This document shows, one piece after another, positions 26,964-36,532 of a stretch of 64,000 nucleotides of DNA; position 1 is the first letter of the stretch; every line of letters begins with the position of its first letter. Location: contig CAYLXA010000002.1 of the NCBI GenBank assembly GCA_964387845.1, forward strand, positions 32,001-96,000, read 5' to 3'. The notes below the pieces were generated by a model, which was not told the origin of the DNA, did no database searches, and saw only the letters and a program-made list of their open reading frames with translations. This stretch comes from an uncultured bacterium. GTDB taxonomy: Bacteria > Omnitrophota > Omnitrophia > Omnitrophales > Abzuiibacteriaceae. The position numbers and the translations under genes are program-made.

Positions 26964-28415
26964 TCAACGGACCAAAAAGGTGTTGAACTGCCATGTCTCA
27001 TGCTCGGTCGGAATGTGGCCGTTTGTGTTTCGGAAAAGGCGAAATAAATTTTTCACAGGTGTCCAATCAACCGGCTGAGAAATAAAAGGCCCCAAGTAAG
27101 GCCTTGCGACTTTCATGATTTCATCATGGGGCAGGTCATCCGGAACGCAAACGCCTTCAGACGGATTCGCCATCATCCACATCACCGCCGCAAGCACCGA
27201 GCAAGCGACTTGAAGGGTGGTTGCATTTTGATGGGGTGCCAAGCGGCGAGCCTCTTCGATATCCAGCAAGCTTCCGGTCCACCAGGATTTGAAATCATGG
27301 CCCATGAGCAATACACCGAGTTCGTCGCGCCCGCTCACGATGTCGTCATTCAGGATGCGCTGCTTGCTTTGCAGGTCGAACTGGCGCATTTCAAGCTCAA
27401 TCAATGAATTCATCGCTGCATCGCAAGGACAGTAGGCATAGTGGACGGTAGGGCGGTAAACCGGCTTATCATCCTCCCAAACGGTTAAATAATCGGAAAT
27501 GGTGAATGCTTCACCGTGACGCACAACCATTCCCACAATCTCACCGCTCGGAACCCAGGAGCGAACCCACGTTTTAATACCGGGGCGGGCAAGGCAAATT
27601 TGATTACCGGGGCCTGATAAATGATAGTGCGCATCGGGCGGGAGGTTCATTTCGTGGGTTCCCCAGCCCATTTCGGCGGGTGCAATACCTTCTTCGCGAA
27701 AGCCTTCGACGCTCCAGGTGTTTACAAATTCATTCACTTCTTTTGGTTTGCGCGTAATCTGCGAATCGCGTTCACTGATATGAATGGTTTTCACGCCGCA
27801 AAGCTGCGCTAGCTTGGCGTATTGTTTATGGCGAAGGGCTTTTTGAATGTCCTTCAGCCGTGTTCGGGATTCCTTGGCTTTTGTTTTAAGGATTTTTTCA
27901 GCAATATCCTGAAGCGCTATTTTCGTGAAATGGGAAACGAGTCCGGGATTGGCGCCGTGATCCACAACCGCGCTCGGGCCCTTGTTGTTTTCCCAGCTAT
28001 TGATCAGCTTTCGGATCGCCATTTGGCGGACATAAAGGGTAAGCTCGGTCGGGTGCTGTTCTGTGCCTCCAAAATAAGGGTCCCAAAGCTCAACGGAAGT
28101 GTTGATGTAATTGACGCCGTTTTGATGGCACCAATTGAGAATTTCGACCGTGTCGATGTTGTAGGCCAAATCAACGATCATATCGCCCTGGCCGACAAAT
28201 TGTTTCAGGATCTTGGCGTAATTATCTTTTGTAATTTCTTTTTGTGTGTACTTAACGCCTTTGGCGAGAACGTCTTTTACGTGGCGCCGATTGTCGATCA
28301 TGTCCATGATCGTGATTTTTTCGGTCGGCATTTCGATGTGTTTCAAAAACAAAGGCAGTGTGCATTGCGAAACAGAGCCGCAGCCAATCACTAATAATTT
28401 TCCGTTAAATTTCAT
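26964..28415 (-). CDS. hss: homospermidine synthase (saccharopine-dehydrogenase family)
   Basis: 483 aa. N-terminal LLVIGCGSVSQCTLPL NAD fold. Conserved HSS blocks VNTWSVEGF, AEMGWGTHE, VHYAYCPCD, DELGVLLMGH, APHQNATTLQVA and the WQF…LVR C-terminus match the bacterial HSS I recall. Confidence 0.75.
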   Translation of the reverse strand: MKFNGKLLVIGCGSVSQCTLPLFLKHIEMPTEKITIMDMIDNRRHVKDVLAKGVKYTQKEITKDNYAKILKQFVGQGDMIVDLAYNIDTVEILNWCHQNGVNYINTSVELWDPYFGGTEQHPTELTLYVRQMAIRKLINSWENNKGPSAVVDHGANPGLVSHFTKIALQDIAEKILKTKAKESRTRLKDIQKALRHKQYAKLAQLCGVKTIHISERDSQITRKPKEVNEFVNTWSVEGFREEGIAPAEMGWGTHEMNLPPDAHYHLSGPGNQICLARPGIKTWVRSWVPSGEIVGMVVRHGEAFTISDYLTVWEDDKPVYRPTVHYAYCPCDAAMNSLIELEMRQFDLQSKQRILNDDIVSGRDELGVLLMGHDFKSWWTGSLLDIEEARRLAPHQNATTLQVACSVLAAVMWMMANPSEGVCVPDDLPHDEIMKVARPYLGPFISQPVDWTPVKNLFRLFRNTNGHIPTEHETWQFNTFLVR

Positions 28416-28564
28416 TATGTTCTCCGGTTTTGCTTACAGAAATGTATTCTATACAAGTTGCTGTGCACTGCAAGAAAAAAATGAGGTTTTTACGCATATT
28501 TTGCTTTTTGGGAAATCTAGATGTTTGATTGAACAGGGAATCAAATTTTGATAAGATTTTGGTC

Positions 28565-30232
28565 ATGAAAATAAATCAAAATATCCGAATCGGTATCGGA
28601 CAGATCAATCCGACAGTAGGCGACTTTGACGGCAACCGCGAAAAAATTATCGCGCAGATCAAAAAAGCAAATGCCGAAGGCGTTGACCTGCTTGTTTTTC
28701 CCGAATTGTCGGTCTGCGGTTATCCGGTTTGGGATTTGGCAAACAAAAAACAATTTATTGATGCCGGCAAAGACTCTCTGAAAAAAATTACGCAAGCAAC
28801 GAAGGGAATGCGTTTGCATGCGGTGGTTGGCTTTATTGATGACGGGAGCGCCAAAAGCGGAAAATCGCGCAACGCGCTTGCCGTGATTTCAAACGGTAAA
28901 ATCATTCAGACGCATGACAAAGTTTTGCTTCCGACCTATGACGTTTTTTTGGAGCAGATTTATTTCGAATCCGGCGAATCCTACCATCTTTTTAAGTTGA
29001 AAAATATGAAGGCCGGAACGAGTATTTGCGAAGATCTCTGGGACGATTTGTATCCTTTAAAACCCACTCGACAAATTAAGAGAAAAGGCGCAGACCTTCT
29101 TATTAATATATCTGCGTCGCCTTTTCACCGGAATGTGGCACGGATTCGTCATGATTTAATCGCCCGCAAAGCAAAAAAGAATAAGCTCTGGATTATCTAT
29201 GCAAATCAAGTTGGGAGCCAGGATGACCTGGTTTTTGATGGCCGGAGTTTAATCGCAAATCCAAAAGGCGAAATTGTATTTCAGGCACCAGCATTCCAGG
29301 AGGGCCTTTTTATCGCTGAAATAGGCCCAGAATCGAAAAAGCAGGCCAAATCTGACCCGAACCAGGTTGATGACATGTATCGGGCGCTAGTGCTCGGAAT
29401 TCGCGATTATATGCGGAAGAACCGGTTTGCGAAGGCAGTGATCGGTATGAGCGGAGGCATTGATTCAGCGCTCGTAGCAACGCTCGCGTGCGATGCAATC
29501 GGAGCGTCAAACGTTTTAGGCGTCACCATGCCGGGCGAATATTCCAGCACCGGAAGCTACGAAGATTCCGAGAAATTGGCAAAGAACCTCGGATTTGAAA
29601 TCCGGAAGCAGCCGATCACGCCGATGTACAAAAATTTTATCGAAACAGCGATCGAGCAAAAAAATAAGCGCGGCATCTCGGCGGTCGAAAAAGACAAAAT
29701 TACATTGGCCATGGAAAATTTGCAGGCGCGCCTCCGGGCGCTGCAGCTCATGTACATTTCAAATGATGAGAACCGGCTTTTACTTTCGACCGGCAACAAG
29801 TCTGAGCTTGCGATGGGTTATTGCACGCTCTATGGTGACATGTGCGGCGGTTTGTGTGTTTTGGGCGATGTTTACAAAACCGATGTGTACAAAATTGCGC
29901 GCTACCGGAATTCGGTATCTCGCGTGATTCCGGACGCTATTTTGGATAAGGCGCCGTCGGCTGAATTGCGTCCAAACCAAAAAGATCAGGATTCTTTGCC
30001 GCCCTACGAGGCATTAGACAAAATTCTGGAGTTTTATATTGAAAAAAATTTAAGCAAGACGCAAATTGCGCAAAAGTTGAAAGCCGAAAAGGTTTCTCTT
30101 GAATTTATTGCCGACATTTTACAAAAAGTGAACCGTAATGAATATAAACGCCGGCAAACGCCGCCGCTGATCCGCGTAACCGAAAAAGCGTGGTTTGGGA
30201 GGCGAATGCCGATTACCAACCAATTTGGGTGA
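28565..30232 (+). CDS. nadE: glutamine-dependent NAD+ synthetase (nitrilase domain + NadE domain)
   Basis: N-terminal CN-hydrolase domain. SGGIDS PP-loop ATP pyrophosphatase motif. ATG at 28565 is preferred over the track start at 28529. Confidence 0.85.
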   Translation: MKINQNIRIGIGQINPTVGDFDGNREKIIAQIKKANAEGVDLLVFPELSVCGYPVWDLANKKQFIDAGKDSLKKITQATKGMRLHAVVGFIDDGSAKSGKSRNALAVISNGKIIQTHDKVLLPTYDVFLEQIYFESGESYHLFKLKNMKAGTSICEDLWDDLYPLKPTRQIKRKGADLLINISASPFHRNVARIRHDLIARKAKKNKLWIIYANQVGSQDDLVFDGRSLIANPKGEIVFQAPAFQEGLFIAEIGPESKKQAKSDPNQVDDMYRALVLGIRDYMRKNRFAKAVIGMSGGIDSALVATLACDAIGASNVLGVTMPGEYSSTGSYEDSEKLAKNLGFEIRKQPITPMYKNFIETAIEQKNKRGISAVEKDKITLAMENLQARLRALQLMYISNDENRLLLSTGNKSELAMGYCTLYGDMCGGLCVLGDVYKTDVYKIARYRNSVSRVIPDAILDKAPSAELRPNQKDQDSLPPYEALDKILEFYIEKNLSKTQIAQKLKAEKVSLEFIADILQKVNRNEYKRRQTPPLIRVTEKAWFGRRMPITNQFG

Positions 30233-30235
30233 CCC

Positions 30236-30724
30236 ATGAGCGAAAACTTTGTCTACTTTGCCGATACGAGAGCCGGAACATTCAAACTGGTTGCTACAAA
30301 CCGAGGATTGCTGTCGATTGATTTTCCAAAAAAAGGCACGGAACGCCGCACTCGAAAACTTCCGGTTGCAGTGAAGAAAAATTGCAAAATAGCCGAAAAG
30401 TGGCTCATACAGTACTTTCGGTCAAGCGCGCGCGCAGCTAGGTTGCCCAAGATCGATGACGAACGTTGGTCGACGGCACGTAAGCGTATGACAAAAGAAC
30501 TTTTCAAAATTAAAAGCGGCAAAACGCATTCATATCAGGAGCTCGCAAAATCTTGCGGGATTCCCAAAGGCCCGCGCGCTATCGGGCAGCTTTTAGGTTC
30601 AAATCCGCTACCGGTTCTCGTTCCGTGCCACAGAATATTAAGATCGGACGGGCAGTTGGGCGGATTCAGCGGCGGACTTGAGTGGAAAAAGAAGTTGCTG
30701 CGGCACGAGCGTGTATTAAAATAA
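30236..30724 (+). CDS. ogt: methylated-DNA--protein-cysteine methyltransferase
   Basis: PCHRILRSDGQLGGFSGG active-site motif. Confidence 0.8.
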   Translation: MSENFVYFADTRAGTFKLVATNRGLLSIDFPKKGTERRTRKLPVAVKKNCKIAEKWLIQYFRSSARAARLPKIDDERWSTARKRMTKELFKIKSGKTHSYQELAKSCGIPKGPRAIGQLLGSNPLPVLVPCHRILRSDGQLGGFSGGLEWKKKLLRHERVLK

Positions 30725-30762
30725 GCTTTCATAGTTAACCCTAAACTTACGCGAGGAAGTTT

Positions 30763-31134
30763 TTGAGACCCCAGCAGTTGGTTTTGGCAGCCGAGCAGGC
30801 CGCTGACGATAAAAAGGCCGAAAATCCGGTTGTCTTAGACCTTCGGAAATCAACGGCCGCTGCCTCCTATTTTTTGATCGTCAATGGTACCTCCGATCGT
30901 CATGCGCGTACGATTGCCGAAAATGTGATCGACGAGCTCGGCAAGAAGGGCGTCAAAGCCTGGCATACAGAAGGTATGCGGGAAGGCCGTTGGATTTTGA
31001 TCGATTTCGTGGATTTGGTGGTGCATGTGTTTCATCACGAAACAAGACGGTTTTATGACCTCGAACGGCTTTGGGGAAAACCTGTAAAACCTGCGGCCCC
31101 GAAAAGGAAAAAGAGAAGTGCGAGAAAGCGTTAA
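30763..31134 (+). CDS. rsfS: ribosomal silencing factor RsfS (Iojap family)
   Basis: TTG start. Colinear with E. coli RsfS (…LDL…SDRH…IVHVF…LERLW). Confidence 0.75.
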   Translation: MRPQQLVLAAEQAADDKKAENPVVLDLRKSTAAASYFLIVNGTSDRHARTIAENVIDELGKKGVKAWHTEGMREGRWILIDFVDLVVHVFHHETRRFYDLERLWGKPVKPAAPKRKKRSARKR

Positions 31135-32734
31135 ATCCCTCGTTGATTCGATTTTACCGGCCCTAGCTCAGAAAATCGATTACGCCATTCCGCCCGGCTT
31201 CGCTTACGATATCGAAGTTCCCAAAAACAAAGCGTTCGGCGATTTTTCCGTTAATTCTGCAATGAAGCTAGCAAAACTTGCCGGCAAAAATCCGCGCCAA
31301 ATCGCAACAGCCACAAAAGAGATTATCGATGCGCAGGCATCTTCGTTTCCTTTCCTGAAAAAAGTGCAAGTGGATGGGCCCGGCTTTATTAATTTTTTCC
31401 TCACCGAAGTTTCCCGTGCAGACATTCTGACGCAGATCCAAAAACTGAATGAACATTTCGGCGAATCTGATTTCGGAAAAGGCGAGAAAGTCATTATCGA
31501 ATTCGTGAGCGCCAATCCCACGGGGCCTCTCACGATTGCTCACGGCCGGCAAGCCGCGGTTGGCGATACGCTTGCCAATATCATGAAAGCTGCCGGGTTT
31601 AAAGTCCATAAAGAGTTTTATTTAAACGACGCCGGCCGGCAGGTTGATCTTTTGGGACAAAGCGTGATCGCGCGCTTGGCACAAAAGGACGTACCGGAGG
31701 ACGGTTATCACGGCCATTACGTCATCGATTTAGCCAAGGAAGCGGCGGCGGCCGTCAAAAATCAAGAGCCTGCAAAAATCAAGGATTTCGCGGTTGAGCG
31801 GATGCTTACGCAAATTAAAAATGATCTGAAGGCGCTTGGGGTTCAATTTGACGAATATTTCAGGGAATCTTCGCTTTATCAAAAATCAATCGACGCAGCG
31901 CTTGCCAAATTAAAGAAGGCGAATCATTTATTTGATGCAGAGGGCGCCACGTGGTTTCGTTCGACCGATTTTGGCGATGATAAAGACCGGGTTTTGAAGC
32001 GCTCAAACGGCGAATATACGTACTTTACGCCGGATATTGCGTATCACGAAACCAAATTCGTGCGCGGCTTTCATTCATTGATTAATTTATGGGGCCCCGA
32101 TCATCACGGCTACATTCCGCGCGTCAAAGCCGCTTGCCAAGCGCTGGGCCATGACCCGGAGAAGTTGATCGTGTTGATTGTGCAGCTCGTGACGCTTTAC
32201 AGGCGCGGCGAGCAAGTCCGGATGTCGAAGCGGGCGGGGGAATACGTAACGCTTCGGGAATTAATGGATGAAGTCGGTGCTGATGCGACCCGGTTTTTCT
32301 TCTTGATGCGCCGCGTCGAAAGCCCGCTTGATTTTGACTTAGAGCTTGCGAAAGAAAAATCGCAGGATAATCCCGTTTATTATTTGCAATACGCACATGC
32401 CCGGATTTGTAGTTTGATTGCACTTTCCAAACAAAAACCGGATCCGCAAGCGGACGCCAGCATCCTGACTACGAAAGAAGAGACCGCCGTGCTGCAGCTT
32501 TTGGGAGAATGTCCGGAAGCGATCAAGCAAGCCGCGCGGCTAAGGGAGCCTTACCGGCTGGTCGAATATCTGCGGGAGCTAGCAGCTGCTTTCCATAGTT
32601 TTTATGGCGCTTGCCGCGTGATCAGCGAAGACCAGAGAATGACGGAAGCGAGACTTCTTCTCACCGATTGCGTTCGAATCGCGATGCGCAACGGACTCAG
32701 AATTCTAGGCATTTCCCAGCCCGAATCGATGTAA
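31118..32734 (+). CDS. argS: arginine--tRNA ligase
   Basis: Class-I HIGH-type region PTGPLTIAHGR. 538 aa. DALR anticodon-binding C-terminus. Confidence 0.9.
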   Translation: MRESVKSLVDSILPALAQKIDYAIPPGFAYDIEVPKNKAFGDFSVNSAMKLAKLAGKNPRQIATATKEIIDAQASSFPFLKKVQVDGPGFINFFLTEVSRADILTQIQKLNEHFGESDFGKGEKVIIEFVSANPTGPLTIAHGRQAAVGDTLANIMKAAGFKVHKEFYLNDAGRQVDLLGQSVIARLAQKDVPEDGYHGHYVIDLAKEAAAAVKNQEPAKIKDFAVERMLTQIKNDLKALGVQFDEYFRESSLYQKSIDAALAKLKKANHLFDAEGATWFRSTDFGDDKDRVLKRSNGEYTYFTPDIAYHETKFVRGFHSLINLWGPDHHGYIPRVKAACQALGHDPEKLIVLIVQLVTLYRRGEQVRMSKRAGEYVTLRELMDEVGADATRFFFLMRRVESPLDFDLELAKEKSQDNPVYYLQYAHARICSLIALSKQKPDPQADASILTTKEETAVLQLLGECPEAIKQAARLREPYRLVEYLRELAAAFHSFYGACRVISEDQRMTEARLLLTDCVRIAMRNGLRILGISQPESM

Positions 32735-32737
32735 TCC

Positions 32738-33661
32738 ATGAGAAAGCCGAAGCTTTTATTTTTAATCGGCCCCACCGGATCCGGAAAATCAGAGCTTGCG
32801 GTTGAGATCGCAAAATCTCTTAAAGGCGAAATCATTTCTTGTGATTCCATGCTGGTTTACAAAGGGATGAATATCGGAACGGCAAAGCCGACGAAGCTTG
32901 AGCAAAAGGGCATTCGGCATCACTGTATGAACTTAATCACGCCGAGGCAAAAAATCTCAGTTTATCAATACCGAAAATCTGCTCTCAAAGCTATTGAGCA
33001 GATCATCGCTCGAAAGCGCTTGCCGATCATCGTTGGCGGTTCCGGGCTTTATGTGAAAGCGATTACGGATGGCATTGCATCGCAATCTGGAAAAACGGCG
33101 CAACACCGGCGAAAATTAGAAAAACTCGAAGCCAAATACGGTTGGGCTTATTTGTATAAACGGCTTCAAAAAATTGATCCAAAGCGGGCATCTGAGATAT
33201 TGCCAAATGACAAACGGCGCACGATCCGTGCACTCGAAATATATGAAACCTTTGGTAAAAAGCCAAGCGAATGGCGTGAGGAAACAGAAACTTTGGAGGA
33301 TTTGGGTTATTCATATCAAATATTCGGCCTTGCGCGGGACAGAGCGAAATTGTACGAACGGATCAATGCGCGCGTGCTTCGGATGATCGAAAACGGCTTG
33401 ATTGAGGAAGTCAAACGCCTGCGAAAAACCGGCTTTTCGATGACGTCAAAACAGGCGATCGGTTACTGTGAAATTTTGGCGTATTTGAATCAACAATTGA
33501 CGTTGGAGCAAGCGGTGGAGTTAATTCAAAAACGTTCGCGTCATCTGGCAAAAAAACAACTTACGTGGTTCCGCCGGAATGATAGAATCGAGTGGATCGA
33601 AGTTTTGGATAATAAAAACGCACTTCAAAAAGCGAAACAATCGATTTTGAGCAAATTATGA
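32738..33661 (+). CDS. miaA: tRNA dimethylallyltransferase
   Basis: P-loop LIGPTGSGKSELA. 307 aa. Confidence 0.9.
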   Translation: MRKPKLLFLIGPTGSGKSELAVEIAKSLKGEIISCDSMLVYKGMNIGTAKPTKLEQKGIRHHCMNLITPRQKISVYQYRKSALKAIEQIIARKRLPIIVGGSGLYVKAITDGIASQSGKTAQHRRKLEKLEAKYGWAYLYKRLQKIDPKRASEILPNDKRRTIRALEIYETFGKKPSEWREETETLEDLGYSYQIFGLARDRAKLYERINARVLRMIENGLIEEVKRLRKTGFSMTSKQAIGYCEILAYLNQQLTLEQAVELIQKRSRHLAKKQLTWFRRNDRIEWIEVLDNKNALQKAKQSILSKL

Positions 33662-34779
33662 GCGAAAGAATTTTATTGGTGCAGGTGGATTGGCGGCGGG
33701 CCAATCGGTTTCATCAGGAAGATGAAAGGGAAATGACAGAACTCGTCCGTTCAGCCGGCGGTTCGCTCCTTTCCGTGATTCGGGCATCGATCGATAAGCC
33801 GGCACCGTCTCACTTCATTCGATCTGGAAAAGTCGAGGAACTGAAGCAAAAACGAATTGCGAGCAGCGCGACGCTTGCTATTTTCAATATTGATCTGACG
33901 CCGGTTCAGGCGCGCAATATTGAACAGGATTGCGGGCTGAGAGTTGTCGACCGGACCGGTTTGATTTTGGATATTTTTGCGCTTCGTGCACAATCCCGCG
34001 AAGGAAGATTGCAGGTCGAGCTTGCTCAGCTTAATTATTTATTGCCGCGCCTCGTCGGAAAAGGTGTTTTGATGTCGCGTTTGGGCGGCGGTATCGGCAC
34101 CCGCGGACCCGGTGAACAAAAACTGGAAATCGACCGCCGTAAAATCAGAGCTCGGATTTCTCGGATCAAAAATGATTTGAAGAAAGTCGCCAAACACAGA
34201 GAGCTTCTCCGAAAATCCCGAAAGCGCAAAGCATTCGCGCTCGTGTCTGTCGTGGGTTATACGAATGCAGGAAAAAGCACGCTTTTGAATGCGCTCACCG
34301 GATCACACGTTTTAGCTGAGAATAAATTATTCGCAACGCTCGATCCCACGACGCGGATTTATGAAACAAAAAACGGTGCAAAGTTTTTGCTGACGGATAC
34401 GGTCGGATTTATTCAAAATCTGCCGCATAACCTGGTGGAAGCATTTAAAGCCACACTGGAAGAAGTGACGGAGGCCGATATTTTGATTCATGTATTGGAT
34501 GTTTCGAATCCGTTTGTCGAGCATCAGTACGACACGGTAAACAAAGTTCTCGAAGATTTAAAAGCGCAGGAGAAGCCCGTGGTGCTGGCGCTTAATAAAA
34601 TTGACCAGCTGCTCGCGCCCGAAATCGACCGGTTTGTTTCAAAATTTCAGGGCTCGATCCCCGTTTCGGCAAAAAACAAAAGCAATCTTGATGAGCTCAT
34701 CAGCCGGCTTGAAGAAATGATGGCTGGACAAAACATTCTCCACAATACCGAAAAGTTTGATCAGGGGCTCGTGACGTGA
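33658..34779 (+). CDS. hflX: GTPase HflX
   Basis: HflX N-domain followed by G1 GYTNAGKST and G3 DTVGF motifs. 4-nt overlap with miaA. Confidence 0.85.
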   Translation: MSERILLVQVDWRRANRFHQEDEREMTELVRSAGGSLLSVIRASIDKPAPSHFIRSGKVEELKQKRIASSATLAIFNIDLTPVQARNIEQDCGLRVVDRTGLILDIFALRAQSREGRLQVELAQLNYLLPRLVGKGVLMSRLGGGIGTRGPGEQKLEIDRRKIRARISRIKNDLKKVAKHRELLRKSRKRKAFALVSVVGYTNAGKSTLLNALTGSHVLAENKLFATLDPTTRIYETKNGAKFLLTDTVGFIQNLPHNLVEAFKATLEEVTEADILIHVLDVSNPFVEHQYDTVNKVLEDLKAQEKPVVLALNKIDQLLAPEIDRFVSKFQGSIPVSAKNKSNLDELISRLEEMMAGQNILHNTEKFDQGLVT

Positions 34780-35324
34780 AGAAAACACTGCCCACCGTCG
34801 GTCAAAAATTGATTTATCAAGGGTGTGTTGTGCGCCTAGAGGAATTAAAACTTAAAGCGCCGGACGGAACGCACATTAAACGCGAACTGATCCGACATTA
34901 CGGCTCGGCCGTGATTGTGCCACTTTTAGATCGCGACCACTTTGTGCTGGTCTATCAATACCGCGTGGCCTCCAACAGCTACATGCTCGAGTTTCCCGCT
35001 GGGACCAAAGAGCGCAATGAATCGCCTCTCGCCTGTGCAAAGCGCGAAATTGTTGAGGAAATTAATTATTCAGCCGGGAAGTGGGTAAAGCTCGGCAAAT
35101 TTTATCCGGCACCGGGTGTTTCTACGGAACTCATGCATATGTATTTGGCCATGAATTTAAAGCCGCAAGTCGGCAAAATGGACGATGATGAATGGCTGGA
35201 GACACGCGTGCTCACGCGGCGTGAGCTGAGGCGCCAAATTGACCAAGGCAAAATCGTCGACGCCAAAACCGTCATCGGGTTCTTCTTGCTATTGGAATAT
35301 GAGAAGGGCCTTGGGCGGCGGTAG
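34776..35324 (+). CDS. NUDIX hydrolase (ADP-ribose pyrophosphatase-like)
   Basis: Nudix box GTKERNESPLACAKREIVEE. Confidence 0.8.
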   Translation: MKKTLPTVGQKLIYQGCVVRLEELKLKAPDGTHIKRELIRHYGSAVIVPLLDRDHFVLVYQYRVASNSYMLEFPAGTKERNESPLACAKREIVEEINYSAGKWVKLGKFYPAPGVSTELMHMYLAMNLKPQVGKMDDDEWLETRVLTRRELRRQIDQGKIVDAKTVIGFFLLLEYEKGLGRR

Positions 35325-35410
35325 TCTTTGCTTGCTTTTGAAGCCGAATCCCGCTAAAATTACTCACTTTTACCTGAAACTCCGGTTAAATCCCATAAAA
35401 TACCAAGGTT

Positions 35411-36532
35411 ATGAGCGAACCTTTACAGCTTAAATTAAGCGACAAAGAATTAATTCAGAGAAAGGCCGAAGTATTGGCAAAGCCCATTGCTTCGATTGAT
35501 TTAGAGAAAATCACCAGCCTGTCGGACTTGGTCGATTCCTTCAAAAATACATCCATTCAAGCCCGGAATGTCGGAGCCTGTGCGGATATTTTTGGCCGGA
35601 TGCTGCAGGACTCAGAACGCCCGACGATTTTGCTCGGATTGGCGGGGCCTTTGATTGCGGCAGGCCTCCGCAAAGTGATCCGGGACATGATCGAATACAA
35701 CATGGTGGACGTGGTTGTTTCAACTGGTGCTATTTTGTATCAAGATTATTATCAGGCGCGCGGCGGCAGGCATTTCCGAGGAACGCCGGATGCGGACGAT
35801 TCGGAGCTTCGTGATCTTTACATCGACCGGATTTACGATACCTACGTAGATGAAGAAAAATTTTGGAGCTTTGACATTGAAATCGGCCGCTTCGCTGATC
35901 AGCTGCATCCGGGGGAATATTCCACGCGCGAATTTTTGCATTTGCTCGGAAGCACGATTACGGACAATGACTCCATTCTGGGAACGGCGAGCAAGCACGG
36001 TATTCCGGTGTTTTGCCCCGCGATCAATGATTCCAGTATCGGAATCGGACTAACCGAACATTATCACCGCGCAAAGAAACAAAATAAAAAGGGAATTACG
36101 ATCAGTTCAATCCGCGATAATTATGAGCTGACCCAAATTGTTGTTAATTCCAAACGCACCGCAGCTTTTTATGTGGCGGGCGGTGTTCCAAAAAATTACA
36201 TTAATGACTCGGTCGTGATGAGCTACATCTTCGGAAAAGATACGGGCGGCCACAAATACGCAATTCAACTCACGACCGATTCGCCGCACTGGGGCGGATT
36301 AAGCGGCAGTACGTTATCTGAGGCAAAATCGTGGGGCAAAGTGAACACCGAAGCCAACACCAGCATGGCGTTTGTGGAGCCATCGGTATCGCTTCCGCTG
36401 GTGGTGGGCTCAGCGCTCCATAAAAAGTTGTATCAAGGCCGCAAACGGCTCCAATTTCAATGGGATCATGACGAATTAACGCAAATCTCGTCGGAATTGA
36501 ATACTCAAAAGAAGGCGGCAGCACTCAAATGA
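35411..36532 (+). CDS. deoxyhypusine synthase-like protein (bacterial DHS-like homospermidine synthase family)
   Basis: 373 aa. Conserved DHS blocks LAGPLIAAGLR…MVDVVVSTGA and C-terminal GGLSGST…AKSWGK. Confidence 0.7.
   Translation: MSEPLQLKLSDKELIQRKAEVLAKPIASIDLEKITSLSDLVDSFKNTSIQARNVGACADIFGRMLQDSERPTILLGLAGPLIAAGLRKVIRDMIEYNMVDVVVSTGAILYQDYYQARGGRHFRGTPDADDSELRDLYIDRIYDTYVDEEKFWSFDIEIGRFADQLHPGEYSTREFLHLLGSTITDNDSILGTASKHGIPVFCPAINDSSIGIGLTEHYHRAKKQNKKGITISSIRDNYELTQIVVNSKRTAAFYVAGGVPKNYINDSVVMSYIFGKDTGGHKYAIQLTTDSPHWGGLSGSTLSEAKSWGKVNTEANTSMAFVEPSVSLPLVVGSALHKKLYQGRKRLQFQWDHDELTQISSELNTQKKAAALK

Noticed and set aside
25802-28415. Alternative call as carboxynorspermidine decarboxylase plus dehydrogenase (NspC/CANSDH)
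   Set aside because: The dehydrogenase-family protein is 483 aa and carries blocks I recognise from homospermidine synthase rather than the shorter (~410 aa) CANSDH. The decarboxylase motifs match eukaryotic-type ODC closely. The alternative is kept as a caveat in the findings.
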